This document shows positions 53,508-63,752 of a stretch of DNA of 64,000 nt, piece after piece. Positions within the stretch are counted from its first letter, which is position 1. The number at the start of each line of letters is the position of its first letter. The position numbers and the translations under genes are program-made. The notes beneath the pieces are model-generated. The model was given only the letters and a program-made list of their open reading frames with translations, did not search any database and was not told the origin of the DNA. Source of the stretch: an uncultured Candidatus Saccharibacteria bacterium (GTDB lineage Bacteria > Patescibacteriota > Minisyncoccia > UBA6257 > UBA9933); NCBI GenBank assembly GCA_964428615.1, contig CAYRXZ010000002.1, forward strand, positions 968 through 64,967, written 5' to 3'.

Positions 53508-55162
53508 ATTTTTTAATAAAGATTTTTAAAAGTTTCTCAAAAAAAGAGAAACTGCTGTTCGCGGTTTCTTTTTTGGCGTTTCTATCATCTTCAATTTTTT
53601 GGACCGCAGACTTTTTTTCTCAAAGAACGGTTTTAGCGGCAGTTTCTGGCGGTGAATACATCGAGGGTATTATGGGCCAGCCTAGTTTTATCAACCCGGT
53701 TTTATCTGTTCAAGGAGGAGTAGATAGTGATATTAATGAGTTAATTTTCAGTAAAATTATTGATATGTCGGATAGCGTTAAAATGAATAATAATGGAAAA
53801 GCCTGGGATATACGCTTAAAGGCAGATATTTTTTGGGATGATAAACAGCCAATAACAAGTAAGGATATTGATTTTACAATTAAAAAAATTCAAAACAGTG
53901 ATACTCAGTCGCCGCTTGAGCCGATGTGGCGCGGAGTTCAAACAGAGATAGTAAGTAAATTAGAAATAAAAGTAATACTTTCCGAACAGTATTTCTTCTT
54001 TGATGAAACATTGAAAAATTTAATGATAATCCCAGAGCATCTTTTTGCTGAAACTCCGGCGGCTAATATCAAGATTTCCGATTATAATCTTGAACCGACA
54101 GGCAACGGACTTTTTAGGTTTAAGTCTTTTAAAAAAGAAAAGTCGGGATTTATTTCAGAGTATAGATTTACCAGAAATGAAGCTTATTTCGGCAAAAAAC
54201 CTTATATTGAAAGTGTAGTTTTTAAATTTTATAAAAATGAGGATGAGTTGATAAAAGCTTTTAATTTAGGAGAAATTAATGGCTTTGGCGGAGTAAGCGC
54301 GAAAAATCTTAATAATATAAACATAAACAGTAAAGTTTTTAATTTGATGATGCCAAGATATTACGCTTTATTTTTCAACTCTTACGCGCAAAAGAATTTA
54401 GCAGGGAAGAATGTAAGAATGGCTTTGAATTATGCCACTGATAAGAAAAGAATAGTAGATGAAATTTTTAATGGCAATGCAATTGTTGTCGACGGGCCGA
54501 TAATTTTAGGGATGAATGGTTATAAACCGGAAACTTTTTCAGAAAACGTTTTTTCATTGGAAAAGGCGGCAAGTGTTTTAGATGTTGACGGTTGGCGAAT
54601 TGATGAAGATGGGATTCGCGCAAAAACAGTTAAAAAAGAAATATTACGCTTAGAATTTAATTTGATTTGTCCGAAAGTTCAATACATGGAAGACTCCGCT
54701 AATATAATTACTTCTGATTGGGCAAAAATAGGAATTAAGCTTAATATTTTGATTAAATCCCCCGAAGAAATAGATGAAATAATCAAAACTAGAAATTATG
54801 AAATGATAATTTTTGGCAATAGTTTTGTAAGTTACAATAACCCCGATTTGTCATCGTTCTGGTATTCATCGCAAAAGTTTTATCCAGGGTTTAATTTATC
54901 GCTTTACGAAAATAAATCAGTTGATAATTTAATTAAAATTTCAAGAGAAACAACAAGTGATTCAAGGCGCCAGTCTGCTCTTTCAAGTTTGCAATCTATT
55001 ATTGTCGGCGATCAACCGGCGATATTTCTTTTTTCGCCAGATTATATTTACATTAACAAGTTGCAATTGGGAGGTTTTGAGGAAACAAAAATAAATTCTG
55101 CAAGCGACCGTTTTCGAAATATTGAAAATTGGTATATTAAAACTGCAAGAGTATTTAAATAA
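53504..55162 (+). CDS. Membrane-anchored extracellular solute-binding protein, family 5 (oligopeptide/nickel-type); orphan
   Basis: N-terminal TM, then a family-5 solute-binding pattern (..YRFTRNEAYFGKKPYIESVVFKFYKNEDE..A...GEIDG). 552 aa. No permease genes nearby. Confidence 0.6.
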   Translation: MNFLIKIFKSFSKKEKLLFAVSFLAFLSSSIFWTADFFSQRTVLAAVSGGEYIEGIMGQPSFINPVLSVQGGVDSDINELIFSKIIDMSDSVKMNNNGKAWDIRLKADIFWDDKQPITSKDIDFTIKKIQNSDTQSPLEPMWRGVQTEIVSKLEIKVILSEQYFFFDETLKNLMIIPEHLFAETPAANIKISDYNLEPTGNGLFRFKSFKKEKSGFISEYRFTRNEAYFGKKPYIESVVFKFYKNEDELIKAFNLGEINGFGGVSAKNLNNININSKVFNLMMPRYYALFFNSYAQKNLAGKNVRMALNYATDKKRIVDEIFNGNAIVVDGPIILGMNGYKPETFSENVFSLEKAASVLDVDGWRIDEDGIRAKTVKKEILRLEFNLICPKVQYMEDSANIITSDWAKIGIKLNILIKSPEEIDEIIKTRNYEMIIFGNSFVSYNNPDLSSFWYSSQKFYPGFNLSLYENKSVDNLIKISRETTSDSRRQSALSSLQSIIVGDQPAIFLFSPDYIYINKLQLGGFEETKINSASDRFRNIENWYIKTARVFK

Positions 55163-55189
55163 AATTATTTATGGGGTTGACTTTTTCTT

Positions 55190-55525
55190 ATGGATATTGA
55201 ACAATATAAACAACTTGCCAAGCTTATAAAGGATAATGAGGTTTATAAAGTTTACGATCTTCCCGAGCTTAAGGACCTGGAAATTTCTTTAACCGAACTT
55301 AACCCCCACGAGTCAACGATTGGGCATTCTCATGCCGAAGCCGATGAGGTTTATCTTTTTATTAAGGGACAAGGGATTATGGAAAATGGTTCGCAAAATA
55401 TCGATGTAAAAACCGGCGATGTTGTTCCTGTTAAAGGAGGTGATTTTCATAGGGTTCATAATAAAAGTGAAGAAATCTTGAGTTTTTGGGCAATTTTTGA
55501 AAAATACGGAGGACGAGGAAAATAA
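55190..55525 (+). CDS. Small cupin-domain protein
   Basis: G.HSH...EVY..I.G.G......DV..GD.V....G..HR cupin motifs. 111 aa. Confidence 0.55.
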   Translation: MDIEQYKQLAKLIKDNEVYKVYDLPELKDLEISLTELNPHESTIGHSHAEADEVYLFIKGQGIMENGSQNIDVKTGDVVPVKGGDFHRVHNKSEEILSFWAIFEKYGGRGK

Positions 55526-55569
55526 TTTTTAATTTCTAATTATTAATTTTTAACTGAACTATGACTTAG

Positions 55570-55652
55570 GGGCGAGTGGTGAAATGGCAAACACGTAGGC
55601 TTCAGGAGTCTATGATCGTAAGATCTTGAGGGTTCAAGTCCCTCCTCGCCCA
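55570..55652 (+). tRNA. tRNA-Leu (anticodon CAG), type II
   Basis: Acceptor GGGCGAG/CTCGCCC. Anticodon stem TAGGC/GTCTA (one G-U pair) with loop TTCAGGA. Long variable arm. T-arm GAGGG-TTCAAGT-CCCTC. Confidence 0.75.
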
Positions 55653-55703
55653 CTTTTGTAATGTGTATTAATAAATAAAATTAAATAAAAAATAAATAAA
55701 AAA

Positions 55704-57473
55704 ATGGTAAGACAATCGGTTAGACAATTAGCCAGGCAAAAATCAACAACAACACGGAGAAAAATTTATGCTCCGAGAAAAGAAAAGGAAATAGAATTAT
55801 CCAAAGGAGAAGCGGTGATGCGTTTTGCTACCTTGGGCGGTCTTGAGGAAGTCGGTCGCAATATGATGTTTTTTGAGTATGAAGACGAGATTATTATTTT
55901 GGATGCCGGCTTGCAGTTTCCTGAAGAAGCGACGCCGGGAATAGACTATATTATTCCTAATGTTTCTTATCTCGAGGAAAGGAAAAACAAGGTTAAAGCA
56001 TTAATAATTACTCATGGTCATTATGACCATATAGGCGCTATTCCGCACATAATGGATAAAATTGGCAATCCGCCGCTTTTTACGGCTGCGATGACAAAAG
56101 AAATTATTCTTAGAAGACAGGAAGATTATTCGAAAGCGCCGAAAATCAATTTTGAAGTAGTTAAAGCAGGGGATATCCGTCAACTTTCGAAAAATTTTAA
56201 AGCGGAATTTTTCGGCGTTACCCATAACATTCCCGATGGCGTCGGGGTAATTTTAGAAACACCTATCGGTAAAATGGTCCATGGTGGAGAATTTAAATTT
56301 GATTATGACGCCGATGGTAAGCCGAAAAATTTAGATGCGTGGGAAAAAATCGGTAAGCAAAAAATTCATACTTTGTTTTTAGAATCAACAGGAGCGGAAG
56401 AGCCGGGCTATTCCATTTCTGAAAGAGTAGTTGAACAAGAAATAGAAAAGCTTTTCAAAAAAGCCGGCGGTAGAATCATTGTCGGAACATTTGCTTCGCT
56501 TTTAGATAGAATAGCGGAGATAATTAAAATCGCCGAAAAAATGAACAAAAAAGTGGCTATAAGCGGCCTTTCAATGAAAATAAACATTCAGATAGCCAGA
56601 AATCTTAATTTTATGAAAATAAAAAAAGATACAATCATCCCATTGGAAGAAATTCATAAACATCGCGATGATAAGCTTGTTCTTCTTTGTACTGGCGCTC
56701 AAGGTGAGCCAAATGCTAGTTTAATGAAAATTGCCAATGGCGAACATCGCTATATTCGTATCAAAGAAGGAGATAGTATTATTCTCTCTTCTTCGATAGT
56801 TCCGGGGAATGAAAGAAGCGTTCAGATTTTAAAAGATGATTTTTCTCGGCAAGGCGCTTTGGTTTATCATTATAAAATGATAGATATTCACTCCAGTGGC
56901 CATGCGCCACAAGAAGAATTAAAAGCTGTTGTAAGAATGGTTAAACCTAAATACGTCGTTCCAATTCACGGTTACTATTTTATGCGTTGGCAAAATGCTC
57001 AGAATGCGCAAGAAGCTATTGGGTTGAAGCCCAAAGAAACAATTTTAATTGATAACGGCCAAATAGTTTTATTTACAAAAGACTCAGCAAGAATAACTTC
57101 TGAAAATATTCCGGCGTTTTATGTTATGGTTGATGGTTTGGGAGTGGGCGATGTGGGAGAAATTGTTTTAAGAGATAGAAGGGTTTTAGCGGAAGAAGGA
57201 ATGGTGGTGGTAATCGCTACTCTTGACCGTAGGACCGGCCAATTCCTTAAAAATCCCGACATTATTTCACGCGGGTTCATTCATTTGCGCGAGAGCAAAG
57301 ATTTTGTGGAAGACCTAAGAAAATATATCAGAGCTTTAGTTGCTAGAATTCCCCGGCATCAGCAAATAGACACGGATTATTTAAAATCTTTAATTAGAGA
57401 CCAAATCGGACAATTTTTGTATAATAAGACCAAGAGAAGGCCGATGATTTTGCCGGTAGTAATAATAGTATAA
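55704..57473 (+). CDS. rnj: Ribonuclease J (beta-CASP metallo-beta-lactamase RNase)
   Basis: HxHxDH (ITHGHYDHIGAIP), beta-CASP motifs, C-terminal domain. Basic N-terminal extension. 589 aa. Confidence 0.88.
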   Translation: MVRQSVRQLARQKSTTTRRKIYAPRKEKEIELSKGEAVMRFATLGGLEEVGRNMMFFEYEDEIIILDAGLQFPEEATPGIDYIIPNVSYLEERKNKVKALIITHGHYDHIGAIPHIMDKIGNPPLFTAAMTKEIILRRQEDYSKAPKINFEVVKAGDIRQLSKNFKAEFFGVTHNIPDGVGVILETPIGKMVHGGEFKFDYDADGKPKNLDAWEKIGKQKIHTLFLESTGAEEPGYSISERVVEQEIEKLFKKAGGRIIVGTFASLLDRIAEIIKIAEKMNKKVAISGLSMKINIQIARNLNFMKIKKDTIIPLEEIHKHRDDKLVLLCTGAQGEPNASLMKIANGEHRYIRIKEGDSIILSSSIVPGNERSVQILKDDFSRQGALVYHYKMIDIHSSGHAPQEELKAVVRMVKPKYVVPIHGYYFMRWQNAQNAQEAIGLKPKETILIDNGQIVLFTKDSARITSENIPAFYVMVDGLGVGDVGEIVLRDRRVLAEEGMVVVIATLDRRTGQFLKNPDIISRGFIHLRESKDFVEDLRKYIRALVARIPRHQQIDTDYLKSLIRDQIGQFLYNKTKRRPMILPVVIIV

Positions 57474-57502
57474 AATATTAAGTATTTTGTATTAGATATT
57501 TT

Positions 57503-58561
57503 ATGAAACCAATTTTAATTTCTGGTGTTCAGCCGACTGGAAAACTTCATATCGGAAATTATTTGGGAGCGTTAAAAAACTTCGTTGATCTGCAAAACTC
57601 TGGGAAATATCAGTGTTATTTTTTTATAGCTGATTTGCACGCGCTTACAGAAAATCCCAGCGCTAAAGATTTAAGTCGTAATATCCCAAATCTTATGACG
57701 GATTTTTTAGCTGCAGGCTTAGATCCTTCGACAGGCTCAGGACAAAACCCGAAAAAGTCAGTGATTTTTCAGCAATCTCAAGTCAGGTTCGTACAAGAAT
57801 TAAAGTGGATTTTAAGTACTCTTACGCCCGTAAGTGAATTGTTGCGAATGACCGCTTTTAAGGAAAAGATTTTACAGCCGCTAAAACCCTCAGAAAGGGA
57901 AAATATCACAAAAGAGAAATTTGATGAAATTGTTGAAGAGTCGAATTTTGGGTTGGCGGAGTATCCTATTTTAATGGCTGCAGATATTTTATTGTATAAT
58001 GCTCAATTTGTTCCTGTTGGCAATGATCAATTACAACATCTTGAATTTGCTCGAACACTTGCCAGGAAATTTAATTCAAAATTCGGCAAAACTTTTATTG
58101 AGCCAAAAGCCATTCAGACGAAAACGCCGAGGGTGATGAGTTTAGCGAACCCCGAGAAAAAAATGTCAAAGTCTCAACCCGAGAGTTGTCTTTTCATAGA
58201 CGATTTTCCGGAAGAAATAAAAGATAAAATTAAAAGAGCGGTGACAGATTCCGGCTCGGAAATAAAATATGATAAAAAGAACAAGCCGGCGATAAGTAAT
58301 TTACTTGAAATTTATTCGGCTTTAAGCGGTGAAACAATTTCAAAATTGGAAAGGAAATTCACAGGTAAAAATTATTCAACTTTAAAAAATGACTTGGCGG
58401 AACTTGTTACCGATTATTTTGCTGATTTTAGGAAAAAGAAAGCAGTTTTACTTAAAAACCCTGAAAAGCTATCTTCTGTTTTAATGGCTGGCTCAAAAAA
58501 AGCCGAGAAAATTGCTAATAAAAAAATCTTAGAAGTTAAAAAGAAAATTGGTTTGATCTAA
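57503..58561 (+). CDS. trpS: Tryptophanyl-tRNA synthetase
   Basis: Class Ic: ..SGVQPTGKLHIGNYLGA.., KMSKS. 352 aa. Confidence 0.9.
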   Translation: MKPILISGVQPTGKLHIGNYLGALKNFVDLQNSGKYQCYFFIADLHALTENPSAKDLSRNIPNLMTDFLAAGLDPSTGSGQNPKKSVIFQQSQVRFVQELKWILSTLTPVSELLRMTAFKEKILQPLKPSERENITKEKFDEIVEESNFGLAEYPILMAADILLYNAQFVPVGNDQLQHLEFARTLARKFNSKFGKTFIEPKAIQTKTPRVMSLANPEKKMSKSQPESCLFIDDFPEEIKDKIKRAVTDSGSEIKYDKKNKPAISNLLEIYSALSGETISKLERKFTGKNYSTLKNDLAELVTDYFADFRKKKAVLLKNPEKLSSVLMAGSKKAEKIANKKILEVKKKIGLI

Positions 58562-58626
58562 TTTGTAGGCTAAAAATGTTTTTAGAAGCGATTAATTTTA
58601 TTTTTTTTAAGCTTTATTCTTAAACC

Positions 58627-60114
58627 TTATCGGTGTTTTGGCGTAACCCAGAATCCAAGCCTGGATTTACCACCAATCATCATTCTTGTTTGCGCTTCCA
58701 ATCCTGGTATGGCACCAAACAAAATTAAAGTAATTGGCATTAAAATCCACTGGAGAACGTAAAAAATATAATGCCATTTTTTAAACCATTCCGGCTTTGG
58801 GGGAAGAAGAATAATACTTAAAATTGCCGAGCTTACAACCCCAATCATTGCTAAGGTCATAATAAATCTTGTTATCTGCGGTAAATTATATGAAAGCAAT
58901 GTAAGATTAAACTTTGTGCCACCTAAAAAAATCGGTAGCCAGCCTAATGCAAACAGTATAATTGCGTTTGTTGCCCACGAATGGAAACTTTCGAGAATAT
59001 TAAACCTCCAATATAATTTTTTAGTCCATGGAATTCTTTTCTTTTCATTAGAATCTTTTCTAAATCCTTCTAGAAAATAAGGGATATTTTCACATCCCCA
59101 ACCCCAGCGGCGCTGTTGTTTATATTGATTAATCATTGTTTTCCAAAAGCCCGGAGCGACATTTGCGTCCATTGAAACCGGATATAAAAGTGCTTCAACT
59201 CGCCAATTACCGCCGTAATGAAGATAGCATTGCCAAAAAATTCGTGAATCTTCAGAGACGACGTCTTTGTCCCAAAAATCCACCTCTACGATTGCCTTGA
59301 AAGACATTGAATGAGAAGAAAAAGTTGTTTGGCGTTCTGGCCGGGATTGCTGAATCATATGCCAAAAAGTAGAGGAAAACGCGATTACTCTTGCCAAGGC
59401 CGGCGCCTGAAAAATATTATTTGTAAATAGCGGAATTGGCTGAAAACTTGAATGTTGAGGATTTTCGCATGTTAAAAAAACATAAGTAAGCCTGCCAAAA
59501 TAATCAGTGGGTACCTGTGTATCAACGTCAAAGACTGACAATAAAATATTCTCGTATGAAATTCCCAATGGGTCTATTATTGATTTTTTTACCTCCTTCG
59601 CCGCCCAGGCTTGATTTGAGCCTTTGCCCGGAATTTCTCCCGGTAAATTCATCGGGTGGAAGACGGTTAAAAATTTAAAGAATTTATTACCGAATTCACT
59701 TTCTATTTTTTTAGCGGTTTCGCGCGCTTCTTCGCCTGCTTTTTCTTCGGGCGCTAAAACAACAATAACTTTATCTTTTGGATAATTTATATTCGCTAGC
59801 GCGTCAAAAGATTCTTTAACGACTTCATACTGTTCTTTATACATCGGTAAAATCAAAAGATGATGAACTTTTTGCCAATTTGCCAATTGTCGAACTTTCT
59901 CCAGCCAATCAATTTTTAAATTTTCCTGTATTTTTTTGAAGCTTACTCGAAGATGGAATGAAAGATAAATTGTTTTAAGTAGCCAATAAATATCAAAAAA
60001 AATAATAAAAATGGCCACCCAAGTCGGAAAAAACCAAGAAAATAAAAACATTAAAACTATAGTTATCCAGGCAAGAGCTCCCGGAATTATTTCAAAAAAT
60101 CTATAAAAAGTCAT
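58627..60114 (-). CDS. Membrane-embedded family-2 glycosyltransferase with QxxRW motif (processive beta-glycan synthase-like)
   Basis: N- and C-terminal TM clusters. GT-A core with D..D (FDVDTQ) and QYKQQRRWGWG (QxxRW). 4-nt overlap with the upstream glyQS stop. Confidence 0.65.
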   Translation of the reverse strand: MTFYRFFEIIPGALAWITIVLMFLFSWFFPTWVAIFIIFFDIYWLLKTIYLSFHLRVSFKKIQENLKIDWLEKVRQLANWQKVHHLLILPMYKEQYEVVKESFDALANINYPKDKVIVVLAPEEKAGEEARETAKKIESEFGNKFFKFLTVFHPMNLPGEIPGKGSNQAWAAKEVKKSIIDPLGISYENILLSVFDVDTQVPTDYFGRLTYVFLTCENPQHSSFQPIPLFTNNIFQAPALARVIAFSSTFWHMIQQSRPERQTTFSSHSMSFKAIVEVDFWDKDVVSEDSRIFWQCYLHYGGNWRVEALLYPVSMDANVAPGFWKTMINQYKQQRRWGWGCENIPYFLEGFRKDSNEKKRIPWTKKLYWRFNILESFHSWATNAIILFALGWLPIFLGGTKFNLTLLSYNLPQITRFIMTLAMIGVVSSAILSIILLPPKPEWFKKWHYIFYVLQWILMPITLILFGAIPGLEAQTRMMIGGKSRLGFWVTPKHR

Positions 60115-61391
60115 AAAACCGATTTTATTCTGTCGCTTAAATCGCTTATTTTTATTCTTTCTTGTTTAGCGGTGTCGCGGTCGCGGACTGTGACAGTATT
60201 ATCTTCTAAACTGTCAAAATCAACTGTAATGCAAAACGGCGTACCAATTTCGTCTTGTGAGTAATAACGTTTGCCGATGTTTCCTCTATCGTCCCATGCC
60301 ACGGAAAAATATTTTTGCAGGTTGTCATAAATTTCTTTTGCTCTTTCAACTAATTTCGGCTTATTTGCGAGTAAAGGGAAAACTGCCGCTTTATAAGGTG
60401 TTAATCTTGGGTCGAGCTTTAAAATAATTCTGTCTTCTTCTTCGGTATATGCATCTAATAATAAAAACAAAAACATGCGGTCTACTCCACCTGAAGTTTC
60501 AACAATATTTGGGATAAATTTTTCACCAGCTTCCAGATCGGTATAGCTTAAATCTTGACCGGAAAATTCCGAGTGTCTAGATAGATCCCAATCTCCGCGC
60601 CAATGAATACCTTCCATTTCTTTACCCACGGGTGAAACGGCATATTCAACATCAAAAGCCTTTTTGGCATAATGCGCCAACTTTTCATGTTTATAAAAAC
60701 TAAGATTTTCCGGATGGGTAAAAATACTTTTAAACCATTTCATTCTCTCGCTTTTCCAATATTCAAACCATTTTTCCATTTCATTAGGGTGGCAGAACCA
60801 TTGTAAATCACATTGTTCAAATTCCCGTTGCCTAAATAAAAAATTGCCAGGCGTGACTTCGTTACGGAAAGCCTTGCCTATTTGGCAGACACCAAAAGGA
60901 ATTTTTAAACGCGACGTATTTAAAACATTCTTATAATTCAAATATATTGTTTGGCATGCTTCACCCCTTAAATAAGTATTCATTTTTTCACCTTCAATTA
61001 CGCCAAGTTGAGTTGGAACTAAAATATTGAAAATTTTCGGCTCGGTTAAATGTCCGTTACAATCAGGGCATTTGTCGCCATCAATATCATCTGCTTTAAA
61101 TCGATGATGACATTTTTTACATTCAACTAATGGATCTACAAAATTTTTAACATGACCACTAGCTTCCCAAACCTTAGGATTGGTGATAATAGCACCATCG
61201 ATACCAACAATATTGCTGTGTTCTTTAGTCATCCAATCCCACCACAATCTTTTTAGATTATTTTTCATCTCTACGCCTAGGGGCCCAAAATCGTAAAATC
61301 CTTGCAGTCCGCCGTAAATTTCCGAACTCGGAAAAACAAATCCCCGGCGTTTACATAAAGAAACTATTTTTTCCATTAAGTTATCAATCAT
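60111..61391 (-). CDS. glyQS: Glycyl-tRNA synthetase (dimeric GlyQS type)
   Basis: ..FVFPSSEIYGGLQGFYDFGPLG.., class II motifs, C-terminal anticodon-binding domain. 426 aa. Confidence 0.9.
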   Translation of the reverse strand: MIDNLMEKIVSLCKRRGFVFPSSEIYGGLQGFYDFGPLGVEMKNNLKRLWWDWMTKEHSNIVGIDGAIITNPKVWEASGHVKNFVDPLVECKKCHHRFKADDIDGDKCPDCNGHLTEPKIFNILVPTQLGVIEGEKMNTYLRGEACQTIYLNYKNVLNTSRLKIPFGVCQIGKAFRNEVTPGNFLFRQREFEQCDLQWFCHPNEMEKWFEYWKSERMKWFKSIFTHPENLSFYKHEKLAHYAKKAFDVEYAVSPVGKEMEGIHWRGDWDLSRHSEFSGQDLSYTDLEAGEKFIPNIVETSGGVDRMFLFLLLDAYTEEEDRIILKLDPRLTPYKAAVFPLLANKPKLVERAKEIYDNLQKYFSVAWDDRGNIGKRYYSQDEIGTPFCITVDFDSLEDNTVTVRDRDTAKQERIKISDLSDRIKSVL

Positions 61392-61393
61392 TT

Positions 61394-63184
61394 TTATTTG
61401 CCGACTATCGCTTCACTTGAAAGCGTGGCGGCCGAATTGGTTAATATTTTATTATTAAAATTATCTATTGCTTGAATTGTTGTCTTGCTTAAGATTGGCA
61501 TTAATTGGTTTGTTTGGGTAATGTCGGGAATTGCCTCTATTTGGAAAATTGCCTCTATCGGACTTAAGACTATTCCTTGAGTCGCTAAGACTTTGTCTAT
61601 GTTCCAAACTACCTCTTGAGTTCTTTCATTATAAGAAGGCAATGAATTTATATTACTTTTAACTTGTCCTGTCCAGTGAACGCCGGATTGCAAAAACCCG
61701 CTTATTTTAACATTGCTTATGTCAGTAGAATAATTAGTTACAGTCCAATGTATGGTAAAATTAGTTGGTTGATTTACCCTTAAGGGAAGTTGCCCCTTAT
61801 TACTTATTCCCGAGCTTGGGTCGTAGAAAAACAATTTAGGAATAATTATTACTGCGCCCGAAACGTTGTTTTTAAGACTGGCAAAACTGATTGTTTTGTC
61901 GCTCGTGACACCATAGGCTACTGTTGGTGAAGATATTTCAGCCGCAACATTCAACGTGAAGTTCTTATCGCTTTGCTTTTTGATAGGATAATCTTCTTTT
62001 GTCTGTATTTGAAATTCTACGTAATTACTGCCGCCCGGACTGACGACCTTAAGATTTGGCGTATTGGCGACGTTCCACGTTATGATGTTGTTTTTTGAAT
62101 CAAAAAATCCGTTACCGATTAAACTTTTGAAATCAAAAACTTCGCCGGTTAATTTAGCGGTTATCACCACGTCGTTGAGACCAACATCGGAAGAGTTATG
62201 GTAATTTATTTTGTATTTTAAAGTATCCCCCAAAGAAGCAATATAATTTAAATTGTCATTTAGGCTTATGTTTAAAATTAGCGGTGATGTGGCTATGCTT
62301 AATTGGGCAGATTTTTTATTAATAGAATATTTTTGTCCCAGAATTTCCGCAGTTATTTCGCCTTTGATTTCAAAATTATTTAAAGATTCGTTTGAATTTA
62401 CTGCTTTGCCAGTAATTATAAAATTGCCCCCATCGCTATTGGCGGGGAGAGAGCCAAATTCCCAATTGTCATTTTCAGAAAAAGGAGCTATTGTTGCGTT
62501 TTTGAATGTGAAAAAAATTGGATACTCTAATTTCAATTTTACGTTTTCAAATTGTATATTTGAAACATTTTGATAACGAATCTCAACTTCAAAATCTTCG
62601 TTGTTTAAAATTTTTTGAGGGGCGGAAATGTCTAATTTTATTGCTGGTTCTTTAGCAGAAACATCAACAGTTTTTGTTTGTTCAAATCGCGCTTTTGATC
62701 CTAGTGCGGGAGTGTAATAAGAAATCTTAACGTTAAATTTTTTAATTGCTTGACTATCGGAAATAATCACAATAGGGATTCTCTCTTGAAAATAAGCGTC
62801 TTTGTCGAGATCGCCGAAATTTTTATCATAAAATCTTTTTTCTTGGCTTTCTCCCGCGAAAAATGCTCCATCGGGCAAAACAAGTGATATTTTTACGTCA
62901 TTTAATGAATTATTAAAGTTATTTTTTACTCCAATGTCAACGCTAAACGGAACTCCTGACAGAGTATTTTGCGGGGCGTTTAGGGAAAAAGCGATATCTC
63001 GATTAACAAAATAAGAGTAAAGGTAAAAGCCTATTCCGGCGGCAACTAAAATAAAAACAGCGATTATCGTCCAAAAAATCGGTCTACTAATGCTGTCTAT
63101 TTTTGAGTAGATTTCCGAATAATCCTTTTTAGATTTCTGAAATTCTGTGCCCCAAGCATTTTTATTTAAATCATTTAATGCCAT
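61394..63184 (-). CDS. Membrane-anchored cell-surface protein with repeated DUF11/CARDB-like beta-sandwich domains
   Basis: N-terminal TM (IFWTIIAVFILVAAGIGFYLY). Repeats such as ..GDTLKYKINYHNSSDVGLNDVVITAKLTGEV.. and ..EDFEVEIRYQNVSNIQFENVKLKL.. 596 aa. Confidence 0.5.
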   Translation of the reverse strand: MALNDLNKNAWGTEFQKSKKDYSEIYSKIDSISRPIFWTIIAVFILVAAGIGFYLYSYFVNRDIAFSLNAPQNTLSGVPFSVDIGVKNNFNNSLNDVKISLVLPDGAFFAGESQEKRFYDKNFGDLDKDAYFQERIPIVIISDSQAIKKFNVKISYYTPALGSKARFEQTKTVDVSAKEPAIKLDISAPQKILNNEDFEVEIRYQNVSNIQFENVKLKLEYPIFFTFKNATIAPFSENDNWEFGSLPANSDGGNFIITGKAVNSNESLNNFEIKGEITAEILGQKYSINKKSAQLSIATSPLILNISLNDNLNYIASLGDTLKYKINYHNSSDVGLNDVVITAKLTGEVFDFKSLIGNGFFDSKNNIITWNVANTPNLKVVSPGGSNYVEFQIQTKEDYPIKKQSDKNFTLNVAAEISSPTVAYGVTSDKTISFASLKNNVSGAVIIIPKLFFYDPSSGISNKGQLPLRVNQPTNFTIHWTVTNYSTDISNVKISGFLQSGVHWTGQVKSNINSLPSYNERTQEVVWNIDKVLATQGIVLSPIEAIFQIEAIPDITQTNQLMPILSKTTIQAIDNFNNKILTNSAATLSSEAIVGK

Positions 63185-63188
63185 TGTA

Positions 63189-63704
63189 TTAAAATAATAT
63201 TACTTCATTTTCTGGCGTTTTGGAAGCACAGCGTTTACATAAAAAAACTTGGTCAGTTTTCAAAAAAAATTCCGGCTTCTTTTTATTGCAATTCGCGCAT
63301 TCGGCAAAGGCGGGATTAAAACCTAAAACACTTAACAAGTCTTTACCAGAAACATTATTTTTATTTTTTAAAAGAATCCATAAATCATTATCGGGTTGAA
63401 GTTCGGGTGTCATTTCTTTGATAAATTGTACGGTCGCTAATGACTCTAGAGATCTCTCCATTTTTTTAAAAGCTAGGGCATCAACTATTTGAAAGCCGTT
63501 TTTTTTTATTAAACGTACTCTTGTAAAATCAAGGGGTTGAAGATGTCCAATTAGTTTTGAAGTGATTTTTCTAGCGCCTTTAGCTTTAGCTAAAACTTTA
63601 CCCAAACTTTTAGTATATAGACTTACAACCCTGTCATATTCGGCAAGGTCTTCAAATCCTAAAACTAATGCTTCAGTTAAAAACTCTTTCATACGTGTTG
63701 ACAA
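63189..63704 (-). CDS. recO: DNA repair protein RecO (short form)
   Basis: N-terminal OB-fold (..EALVLGFEDLAEYDRVVSLYT..). C-terminal zinc motif C..C...C..C (CANCNKK..CKRCAS). Confidence 0.7.
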   Translation of the reverse strand: MSTRMKEFLTEALVLGFEDLAEYDRVVSLYTKSLGKVLAKAKGARKITSKLIGHLQPLDFTRVRLIKKNGFQIVDALAFKKMERSLESLATVQFIKEMTPELQPDNDLWILLKNKNNVSGKDLLSVLGFNPAFAECANCNKKKPEFFLKTDQVFLCKRCASKTPENEVILF

Positions 63705-63752
63705 TAAAAAAATGTTCTATTATTATATCTATTATTATAATATTATTTATAT

